Assembly (NCBI GenBank): GCA_937906165.1
Contig: CALCYA010000096.1
Location: 877-64,876, forward strand
Reading direction: 5' to 3'
DNA from: an uncultured Bacteroidales bacterium
GTDB lineage: Bacteria > Bacteroidota > Bacteroidia > Bacteroidales > Bacteroidaceae
Length of the DNA: 64,000 nucleotides
The position numbers and the translations under genes are program-made. Of this stretch, positions 49,644 through 56,341 are shown piece by piece; positions within the stretch are counted from its first letter, which is position 1; every line of letters begins with the position of its first letter. The notes under the pieces are model-generated. The model made no database searches. It had not been told where the DNA came from and worked only from the letters and a program-made list of their open reading frames with translations.

Positions 49644-50018
49644 TTAGAACTTTTTAAAAGTAAGTGTCGCGTCTTTTGAACGCAGTATCATGCCGTTGCG
49701 GTCAAGGTGCAGAACCCCAAAACGTTCGTCTTCGGGGTTGAAAAGACCATAGTGCTGTGGTTCCTTGGGCAATGTTATCAGTTGCACGAAGAGTGAATCT
49801 TTTACATGCTGGAAGCGTCCATAGCCTTCGCCAATCTTTATCAGGTCAAGCTGCACGGCCCAGAACAGGCTCTTGTTGCGGTTGTTTATTACAGTGCTGT
49901 CCGCAGTAAGTTCCACTTGCATCAGTTTCCAATAACCGCCAAGGTCTCCGTTGTGGTCTTCTTTTTGGCACGATGCCAATATCGCAGCTGCAAGCAGTGT
50001 GTATATAATCTTTTTCAT
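49644..50018 (-). CDS. Small lipoprotein, lipocalin-like
   Basis: Lipobox AILASC followed by GGYWKL (Lipocalin_4-like motif), in a 124-aa ORF. Confidence 0.5.
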   Translation of the reverse strand: MKKIIYTLLAAAILASCQKEDHNGDLGGYWKLMQVELTADSTVINNRNKSLFWAVQLDLIKIGEGYGRFQHVKDSLFVQLITLPKEPQHYGLFNPEDERFGVLHLDRNGMILRSKDATLTFKKF

Positions 50019-50055
50019 CTTCTTTTTATTATAAATTCAAACAGCCTCCTGTCCT

Positions 50056-51621
50056 TTAGAATCCAAAAATGTCATGGCGTGTAACGGTTATCATTCCGCC
50101 ATAGTTGTTGCCGTAAAGCGCCCCCCTGTCGAAAGCAACCGATGTGGTCACACTCCAGTTTTTTGTTGGCTTGAATGTTAGCTCTGCAAGGCCCGAACGG
50201 TTTGTCTTCATCTCCTTGAACGGGATTGAATATGTGCCCCAGTTGTTGCTCTTTGTATACATCAGACGATAGCCGAGCCAGGTAAATGGTTCACCCTCAA
50301 TTCCAAAGTGGAATGCTTCAACACGGTTGTTGTATACATGTAGAGTTCCGTTCTTTTTGTATAAGGGCGATGAAACGAGTGGCGTGCCAATCATCATTCC
50401 GTAGTTGAACCACCCGTTGTATGTGTGGTGCCAGTAGTTGTTGTCTGCACAGCTTATCTGGTCAGGGATATCCTTGTTTGAGTCGTGGTATATTGCTCCG
50501 CTCTGGTTCTTTAGGTTGAAGTATTCAAATAGTACGTTCTTTACCCACCGGCACTTTTTCAGTTCGAGTTCAAGGCCTACCAATTGTTCTGTCCATAGCC
50601 CGTACTCCCAGAACATCTGTGAGTGGTCTTCGAAGAGATGCTCGTATGTCATCCTCAGTTTCCAGTCTTTGCTGTTCCATGTCAATGCCCCTAACCAGCT
50701 GCCGAGCACATTGCCGGCAATGTTTGCCTGGTCGGCTGCGACGTATTGGCTGTCTCCCTTGGTGGGGAAGAATGCCTTGATGTAGTCCTTAAGTCTTGAA
50801 GGGTTCTTTACCGTATTGCCCGGTTTGTTCTGTCTGTTGTAGCATGTTCCGCCGAACTGTGTCACCATATGAAGGCCCATCTCGGCTGTAAGCGGGAACT
50901 TCTTCTCATTACCGATGCGCAGAAAGCCGGCTTTTGAGTGATAGCGTACGTCATCGGTATGAGATTTTCCTTCTGCTGTAAATTCTTTTTGCCAGTGCCC
51001 GTCGGTGAACCAGCCGTAGGCAATGTGTCCTCTTATGGCTGCCCAGCCATTGAACCAGGGAATCTCCCAGTAGTCGGGCATCTCGAGACGTATCTGTGGT
51101 ATCGGGCGTGCATTGCCGCTCTCGGTGAGCGCTCCTGTCGACAGGCGGGCGTTCTGTATGTAGTTCCAACGTTCCTTTTGTCCTACCGACAGTTTGAGCA
51201 TCCTCCATTGTACATCGGCGTATGCCTGCTGTATGAATACATTTGAAGTGAGGTTGTATCCTCCAATGATGTCTACTCCCCATTCGATGCCGAACTGGCT
51301 TTTTATGACATGCTTGCCCTCAACGGCTGCACGTGCGTACGCCCACTCGCTGTCGGCGCTGAATGCCCCCTGTCTGTTGTTGAAGTGCCACATAGGGGCG
51401 AAATTGCCACGGCCGGCTGTTGCTCCTGCTTCAAAATCGGTCTTGATGATATTGCCGTCGAGGATGGGGTCGCAAATGCGCCCCTGCAGTGCCTGGCTGA
51501 CCTCCCGTTCAACCTTTGGCGGTAATGATGTGATGGTGTCAGCATCCTGTGCATTGGCAGTGCCTGTAATTATAAATACAAGAAACGTTATTGATATTAT
51601 TATGGATTTAAATAAATTCAT
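50056..51621 (-). CDS. Outer-membrane beta-barrel protein, possibly a Wzi-family capsule assembly protein
   Basis: Signal peptide ...GTANAQ, 521 aa, aromatic-rich strands and a C-terminal F. The gene context is glycan biosynthesis. The Wzi assignment is unverified. Confidence 0.4.
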   Translation of the reverse strand: MNLFKSIIISITFLVFIITGTANAQDADTITSLPPKVEREVSQALQGRICDPILDGNIIKTDFEAGATAGRGNFAPMWHFNNRQGAFSADSEWAYARAAVEGKHVIKSQFGIEWGVDIIGGYNLTSNVFIQQAYADVQWRMLKLSVGQKERWNYIQNARLSTGALTESGNARPIPQIRLEMPDYWEIPWFNGWAAIRGHIAYGWFTDGHWQKEFTAEGKSHTDDVRYHSKAGFLRIGNEKKFPLTAEMGLHMVTQFGGTCYNRQNKPGNTVKNPSRLKDYIKAFFPTKGDSQYVAADQANIAGNVLGSWLGALTWNSKDWKLRMTYEHLFEDHSQMFWEYGLWTEQLVGLELELKKCRWVKNVLFEYFNLKNQSGAIYHDSNKDIPDQISCADNNYWHHTYNGWFNYGMMIGTPLVSSPLYKKNGTLHVYNNRVEAFHFGIEGEPFTWLGYRLMYTKSNNWGTYSIPFKEMKTNRSGLAELTFKPTKNWSVTTSVAFDRGALYGNNYGGMITVTRHDIFGF

Positions 51622-51643
51622 ATTGTGACTATAGAATGTGTCA

Positions 51644-52735
51644 TTAAAACATTTTTTTTATGGTATGTAGTTGCCATAATGGGTAGCTCAATGCTTCGCA
51701 ACCTGCCAAGTTTCTGAAACGTATACAATTCTTTACCTTCCAACAGTATGCTTTTAAATAATCAGATTTTGTTTTTAGTATAGTATGTTCACCGTAGTGA
51801 CCGAAATTGCCGTATTTTAGAACGATATCAAGTATTTTCTTGGCATTCTTTTTATCCTGTTCTGTTGTTTGACACAAGGAGTACTCTTTTGAAAGGCCCA
51901 AAATCTCTGTCGCAATGATTGTAATAGCTTTATAAATGTTCAATAATTTAAGTTCCTTAAGCGAACTTATGAATATTTTATTGTTGAGACAGTTATGGTA
52001 TTTCTTGACGAACAAGGCCCAGTCGCAAACCTGCCTAAGGCCTAAACCTGAAAATATTATATGTCTCAACATGTGGGATAACAGCTGGAGTGCATTCGCT
52101 ACTGGTGGCAAAACCCGTATTTCCCCTCCGTTAATGTGTGTGTATGTTTCGGATTCTTTTTCTATTATTTCTGTTGTTGTCCTGTTGTATTCACTTTGTA
52201 TGCTTTTAGTGAAAAATTTGGCACTATTCTTATGCAGCTCAATTTCTACTCCCTTGTAGTTGATAGAGGCGTGCGACTCATCTGAATCGTCATCTATGAT
52301 GTATCCTTGGTCGGTGAAGAAATTTATCGCTTTTTCAAAGTAGTTGGGCATGAAGAATAGGTCTATGTCGCCACAGGTGCGGTATGAAGGTGTGGGGTAG
52401 TTCTGTGCCAGCCCTTGCCCCTTTAGTAAAAAGTATTTGATCTTTTGTAGTTTAAATTCTTCGTTAAGTTCATTGAGGACTGCGTTCATATGTCTATTCT
52501 GTTTCTCTATTGTACGCAGTTGTATGATCCATTTTAATCTCAGCTCTGCCCTTGGCTTATAATCTTCAGGAAGTCTTCCGATTGCATCTATGATAATGCC
52601 TGCAACAGTCTGCTCTATGGATATAGCGTGGACTTCATCCCACTCCTTTTCCGTGAGCTTGCGTGGTAAAACGGCCGTATAGCCCCAAATTCCACTTTTT
52701 AGCAGAGTAAAGAAAACTTCGTATATGTTGTTCAT
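51644..52735 (-). CDS. Uncharacterised nucleotidyltransferase family protein (NTP_transf_5-like)
   Basis: 363 aa with a CGDIDLFF motif in the position typical of this family. The gene is AT-rich. Confidence 0.55.
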   Translation of the reverse strand: MNNIYEVFFTLLKSGIWGYTAVLPRKLTEKEWDEVHAISIEQTVAGIIIDAIGRLPEDYKPRAELRLKWIIQLRTIEKQNRHMNAVLNELNEEFKLQKIKYFLLKGQGLAQNYPTPSYRTCGDIDLFFMPNYFEKAINFFTDQGYIIDDDSDESHASINYKGVEIELHKNSAKFFTKSIQSEYNRTTTEIIEKESETYTHINGGEIRVLPPVANALQLLSHMLRHIIFSGLGLRQVCDWALFVKKYHNCLNNKIFISSLKELKLLNIYKAITIIATEILGLSKEYSLCQTTEQDKKNAKKILDIVLKYGNFGHYGEHTILKTKSDYLKAYCWKVKNCIRFRNLAGCEALSYPLWQLHTIKKMF

Positions 52736-52744
52736 TTTTGTAAA

Positions 52745-53536
52745 CTATCTTTTTCTTATTTTGGAATAAAACAGTTCGTATATCTTGTAGGGATATCTAA
52801 GACTCAGTATAAAGAAGTTCGAGTACACACCGTTTGCCTTCATGGCACGAAGGTGGTCTTTCATTATCTGCAAACGGCTGTTGAAACCTTCGGTAGAGGC
52901 ACCTCCGGTACGCATGGTCACAAAATCACGTTTTATGTACTTGGTGTTTATGCGGTTTACGAATATGTATCGCAACAGACTCTCAAAGTCCGCACCAATC
53001 TTGTAACAAGTGTCGAACGGGCCATATTTGGTGTATACTTCTCGCTTGCAATAGAATGACGGATGTGCCGGCATCAGACCAATGCGCATGAGACTGCGTT
53101 TGAAGATTGCCGATGAGTAGTAGCGTACACATTTGTTGAGATCGTTGTCATTGACAAAATGTACGTCGCCATACACGGCATCAATGCTGCTGTCCTGCAT
53201 CGTCGTGGCTATGACAGACAATATGTCGGTCGACGTGTAGAAATCGTCGCTGTTCAACAGGCCTACAACATCTCCTGTTGCCATGGCAATACCTTTATTC
53301 ATGGCATCGTAGAGCCCGTTGTCCTTTTCGCTTATCCAACGCATCCTGCTGCCGAACTTGGGTTCATACTCCTTTATAATGTCAACGGTGTTGTCTTTTG
53401 AGGCACCGTCAACAATAATATATTCAATGTCGGTATAAGTCTGCTTCAACACCGATTCAAATGTGTCGCGTACCGTTGACGCGCTGTTATATGTTGCTGT
53501 TATTATAGATATTTTCATTGCTGTGTTAGATTCCAT
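52745..53536 (-). CDS. Family 2 glycosyltransferase
   Basis: MKISIITATYNSA...YIIVDGASKDNT...LLNSDDFY motifs. An alternative start is at 53518. Confidence 0.88.
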   Translation of the reverse strand: MESNTAMKISIITATYNSASTVRDTFESVLKQTYTDIEYIIVDGASKDNTVDIIKEYEPKFGSRMRWISEKDNGLYDAMNKGIAMATGDVVGLLNSDDFYTSTDILSVIATTMQDSSIDAVYGDVHFVNDNDLNKCVRYYSSAIFKRSLMRIGLMPAHPSFYCKREVYTKYGPFDTCYKIGADFESLLRYIFVNRINTKYIKRDFVTMRTGGASTEGFNSRLQIMKDHLRAMKANGVYSNFFILSLRYPYKIYELFYSKIRKR

Positions 53537-53719
53537 AAATAATCCTTAAAAAGGAGCAACAATAGATATTGGTATGATGTATATCTTAAATTATAAAGTT
53601 GTGGTGGCATTTTCCTGTAATCTATTGCAAAGGTAATCAAAATGTTTAAACAAATGATGTCGTATATTATTTAATAATGCGAGACAAGATGATTTTGTTT
53701 AAATAAATGTTTAATGGGG

Positions 53720-53945
53720 TAACGATTAAGGAATTAAAGATTAAGGGCGAAGGGTTACGGGGTTTTCGTTTTCAGTTTTCACCTTTCACCTTTCACCTTT
53801 CACTTTTCCGTTTGCATAGCGCTCATTAAAGACCCTAAGCAATTGTCTCCCTGTTTTAGGGAGACGAGCAACGAAGTTGCGGAGAGGGTCACGTTACACG
53901 CTAAACGCTAATCGTTACACGTTAATCGTTACACGTAATCGTTAT
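53720..53945. repeat. Composite repeat element with inverted termini (TAACGATTAAGG ... three copies of TAATCGTTA), an internal heptamer microsatellite and a hairpin
   Basis: TAACGATTAAGG lies at 53720-53731. CACCTTT occurs three times at 53780-53800, followed by a degenerate copy cactttt (53801-53807). A perfect 8-bp hairpin gtctccct/agggagac lies at 53845-53865. TAATCGTTA occurs at 53909, 53923 and 53937, within tandem aatcgttacacgt units. Confidence 0.7.
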
Positions 53946-54056
53946 TCAGGACTTTTATTGTGTTGCGCTTTTACAAAACTGCACTCGCACGCAGTGTTAA
54001 TGTTAGCCAATTTTTGTTAAGAAAATAGGTGTAAAAGAATATTTTGGCTAAAAACA

Positions 54057-54089
54057 CTTGCAAACCCCTACTTTGAGATTGTATATTTG
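54057..54089 (+). promoter_or_regulatory. Candidate Bacteroidetes-type promoter (TTG .. 21 nt .. TATATTTG)
   Basis: TATATTTG at 54082-54089 matches the -7 consensus TAnnTTTG, 20 nt upstream of the ATG at 54109. cTTG lies at 54057-54060. Confidence 0.35.
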
Positions 54090-54108
54090 GCGAAAAAATC
54101 AAACCACT

Positions 54109-54741
54109 ATGAAAAACAACAAGACTGCTGTCAACAATTTGAAAGCATTGGAGAAAGAAGAAAAAGTTACTAATGATGGGCTGTACAGTTCGTTGGGTAT
54201 CACAGGCAATATTGCAGAGAAGGCAACACTTGCGGTTCTGGCCGACAGTCACAATTCCTTGGCGCGTAATGTTGGAATACCGTGTGAACTTGAGATAACT
54301 GCCATTACTCCATACCCCGCGGTTACCGATGAGTACGGAGTGCGTTGCAAGGGCTTTGGCGGTTATCGCGTGCCGTTGGAACCATTGGCCAAAGGTTTTT
54401 ACAAGGTGAGGTTCCGTGGCAAGGGCAATGGCAAGAACGTGGTGTGCGGTTATATTGTCAACAGTCAAGGATATGTTGAGTCTGTCGCGACCGTGTGTGA
54501 CGGGGATGGTTTTGCAACCTTGCCTTTGACCCCTGACTCACATGCGCTCTATGCAAGCGTGCCCACCAGGAGAAGCAAGCCTGCTTGGGGCAGGATTACC
54601 GTTGAACTCATGCCACACGGCTTGCGTCAGGCTGTAGAGTGCTACATGTATAACATTATAATGTGTGTAAAGGAGATTGCACGAGATGTCGAGAGGCTCA
54701 AACGGAATAACAACCGCAGAACAAAAAGAATGCTGAACTGA
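54109..54741 (+). CDS. Hypothetical protein (210 aa), no recognisable domain
   Basis: The ORF looks coding (~50% GC). It has no signal peptide and a basic C-terminal tail (RLKRNNNRRTKRMLN). The start was set at MKNNKTAV, after the candidate promoter. Confidence 0.5.
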   Translation: MKNNKTAVNNLKALEKEEKVTNDGLYSSLGITGNIAEKATLAVLADSHNSLARNVGIPCELEITAITPYPAVTDEYGVRCKGFGGYRVPLEPLAKGFYKVRFRGKGNGKNVVCGYIVNSQGYVESVATVCDGDGFATLPLTPDSHALYASVPTRRSKPAWGRITVELMPHGLRQAVECYMYNIIMCVKEIARDVERLKRNNNRRTKRMLN

Positions 54742-54744
54742 TAA

Positions 54745-54862
54745 TAAACGATTAACGTTTAAGGCTACGGGTAAGCCATTTGGCTTGAGTTTGCTTCCGC
54801 TCGCTGTAAGAGCTCAAGCAAGCTTGGCTCTTACTCACTCACCCGCAGCCTTAATCGTTAAC
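54745..54862 (+). repeat. Structured repeat family member (copy A), direct repeat of 56033-56118
   Basis: It folds as a long imperfect palindrome: aacgatta..aaggctacgggt / acccgcagccttaatcgtt. The inner hairpin is gtaagagc-tcaagcaagcttg-gctcttac. Positions 54792-54835 are 44/44 identical to 56048-56091. Confidence 0.85.
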
Positions 54863-54876
54863 TCCACTGCGTGGAA

Positions 54877-55080
54877 TTATTGATCTATGATTTCATTCAA
54901 GATGTTCTCTAAGATATATTCATCACTCATTAATTGGATGCCGGAGTTTGGGTCGGAAAGTAGCTGATATGTCTTGGTTGAATAGAAAATATTCAAGGCG
55001 CGTTCTTCGTCTATTTCAAGCCTGTCGGCAAGCATCATGATGATGTGGCTTTTTTTGCGCCACAATACCGAATCTCTCAT
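54877..55080 (-). CDS. DUF3791-like small protein
   Basis: 67 aa, IIMMLADRLEIDEERALNIFYSTKTYQLLSD. It is the third gene of the DUF3791-DUF3990-DUF3791 triad. Confidence 0.6.
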   Translation of the reverse strand: MRDSVLWRKKSHIIMMLADRLEIDEERALNIFYSTKTYQLLSDPNSGIQLMSDEYILENILNEIIDQ

Positions 55081-55095
55081 AATCAGTTTCTGTAT

Positions 55096-55590
55096 TTATA
55101 ACATTATGCTATCAACAAATGACAAATATTTGTCTATAACCTCCTGGTTGAGTATGCAGATTTGATGATTCACTTTTTTGTAACGTAATTGACCTAAAGC
55201 TTGTTCAGCTGTTATAATACCCTTTTCATAATCTTCTACAGTATCGATTACATTGTCATTGGCAACACCACCTTCTACCACATCAAAGATTGATGAAACG
55301 TCTTTACCTTTTCTGCAATTTACAACATAATCCAGCCATTCGATATTATATTCATTGAATATTTTGAACTTTACATTATTCTCAACGGCATTGTCATAGT
55401 CAAAATTGTAGATATTGACAATAGCTCTTGTTTCACGTCCTTTTCTGCTTGCAATGATTGTTGCCCAATCTCTTGCTTGAGATTCAATTTGTGTCAAATA
55501 AAAGCCTGGGCCAAAATCAAGATTCTTTCTTCCAACTTTTGCCAGAGGCTTAGGTATTGATAAATATGTACCGTGGTATAGTGTAATCAT
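55096..55590 (-). CDS. DUF3990-like protein with an H-Y-E-type pattern suggestive of an ADP-ribosyltransferase fold
   Basis: MITLYHGT.., GPGFYLT and DVVEGGVANDNV motifs. The start was set at 55590, where its ATG overlaps the upstream TGA (ATGA). Confidence 0.6.
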   Translation of the reverse strand: MITLYHGTYLSIPKPLAKVGRKNLDFGPGFYLTQIESQARDWATIIASRKGRETRAIVNIYNFDYDNAVENNVKFKIFNEYNIEWLDYVVNCRKGKDVSSIFDVVEGGVANDNVIDTVEDYEKGIITAEQALGQLRYKKVNHQICILNQEVIDKYLSFVDSIML

Positions 55591-55832
55591 ACTGCTTGCT
55601 CCTTTCTTTCTTTCTCCCAATTTTCAAGGGTTTCAATAGTATCGTCTATTACCCAATCCAGACTTTGAGTGTGCAATAGTTCATAATGTTTCAATAGGCG
55701 AGAATGAATAATGTCCTGTTTGCTTAGTCTTCTGTACATTTCTTGCCCGGATATGTTCAGTTTTCTCGCGCTACCCTCAATAGCCATAACAGTGAAATGT
55801 ATTCTCCTGTATTTCTCGTCCTTGTCATTCAT
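55587..55832 (-). CDS. DUF3791-like small protein
   Basis: 81 aa, FTVMAIEGSARKLNISGQEMYRRLSKQDIIHSRLLKHYELLHTQSLDWVIDD. Confidence 0.6.
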   Translation of the reverse strand: MNDKDEKYRRIHFTVMAIEGSARKLNISGQEMYRRLSKQDIIHSRLLKHYELLHTQSLDWVIDDTIETLENWEKERKEQAV

Positions 55833-55925
55833 GTCTTTTTGATTTTCTCCGCTAAGATAATTAAATGACAGTAAATGGCAATATCATATCATTAATTTTT
55901 GATTTTTGATTTCACCTTACATAAG

Positions 55926-56142
55926 ATTCAACTCCGTTGAATCTGCTCCCGCTCGCTGTATAACATCAAACAAGTTTGTGTTATGCTCGCTTAATTGAGA
56001 AATTCGTTTACCCGCAGCCTTAATCGTTAAGCCCTTGGGCTTGAGCCTGCTTCCGCTCGCTGTAAGAGCTCAAGCAAGCTTGGCTCTTACTTGCTTACCC
56101 ACAGCCTTAATCGTTATCCCCTTCACCTCTCACCCATAACCC
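55926..56142 (+). repeat. Two tandem units of the structured repeat family (copy B)
   Basis: Unit 2 (55926-56029) has hairpins gattcaac/gttgaatc and gtataaca/tgttatgc. Unit 1 (56030-56116) has hairpins aagccc/gggctt and gtaagagc/gctcttac. Each unit ends in CAGCCTTAATCGTTA. Confidence 0.85.
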
Positions 56143-56221
56143 TTTTTATCAAAATGTCAATACAGCAACCTTGTTCCTTCTTGTGTGACATACCTTTGTA
56201 ATGTTTTCTTCATAATGTTTT

Positions 56222-56284
56222 CAGGTGCCGCCTTTTTCAAAATGCTGTATGCAAAGTTGTGTTTATATGGCGGCACCTGTTTTT
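56222..56284 (+). terminator. Long-loop stem-loop with a T-run, 58 nt upstream of the 756-aa ORF (terminator-like or 5'-leader element)
   Basis: Perfect 11-bp stem caggtgccgcc / ggcggcacctg, a 36-nt AT-rich loop, then ttttt. Confidence 0.4.
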
Positions 56285-56341
56285 GACGGAATGAGTTAAA
56301 TACATTATAATCTATTACAAAACCATTTAAATCAAATCCCT

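Noticed and set aside
53780-53946. Possible CRISPR array, considered for the tandem repeats here, at 9461-9660 and at 55926-56142.
   Set aside because: There are only 2-3 units. The units differ in sequence, there is no regular repeat-spacer periodicity of 28-37 nt repeats, and no cas genes are in the window.
54745-56142. Integron attC sites or gene cassettes. The repeats contain GTTAAGC and GCTTAAC, which fit the attC core consensus GTTRRRY / RYYYAAC. They fold as long imperfect palindromes, and they bracket a TA-like cassette.
   Set aside because: Copies of the same family also follow core genes scattered across the window (fba, uvrA, the GT operon). The internal sequence is highly conserved between copies, unlike attC sites. 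Cassette orientations are mixed, and no intI or attI is present. The idea remains testable with the IntegronFinder attC covariance model, but a REP/MITE-like interpretation fits better.
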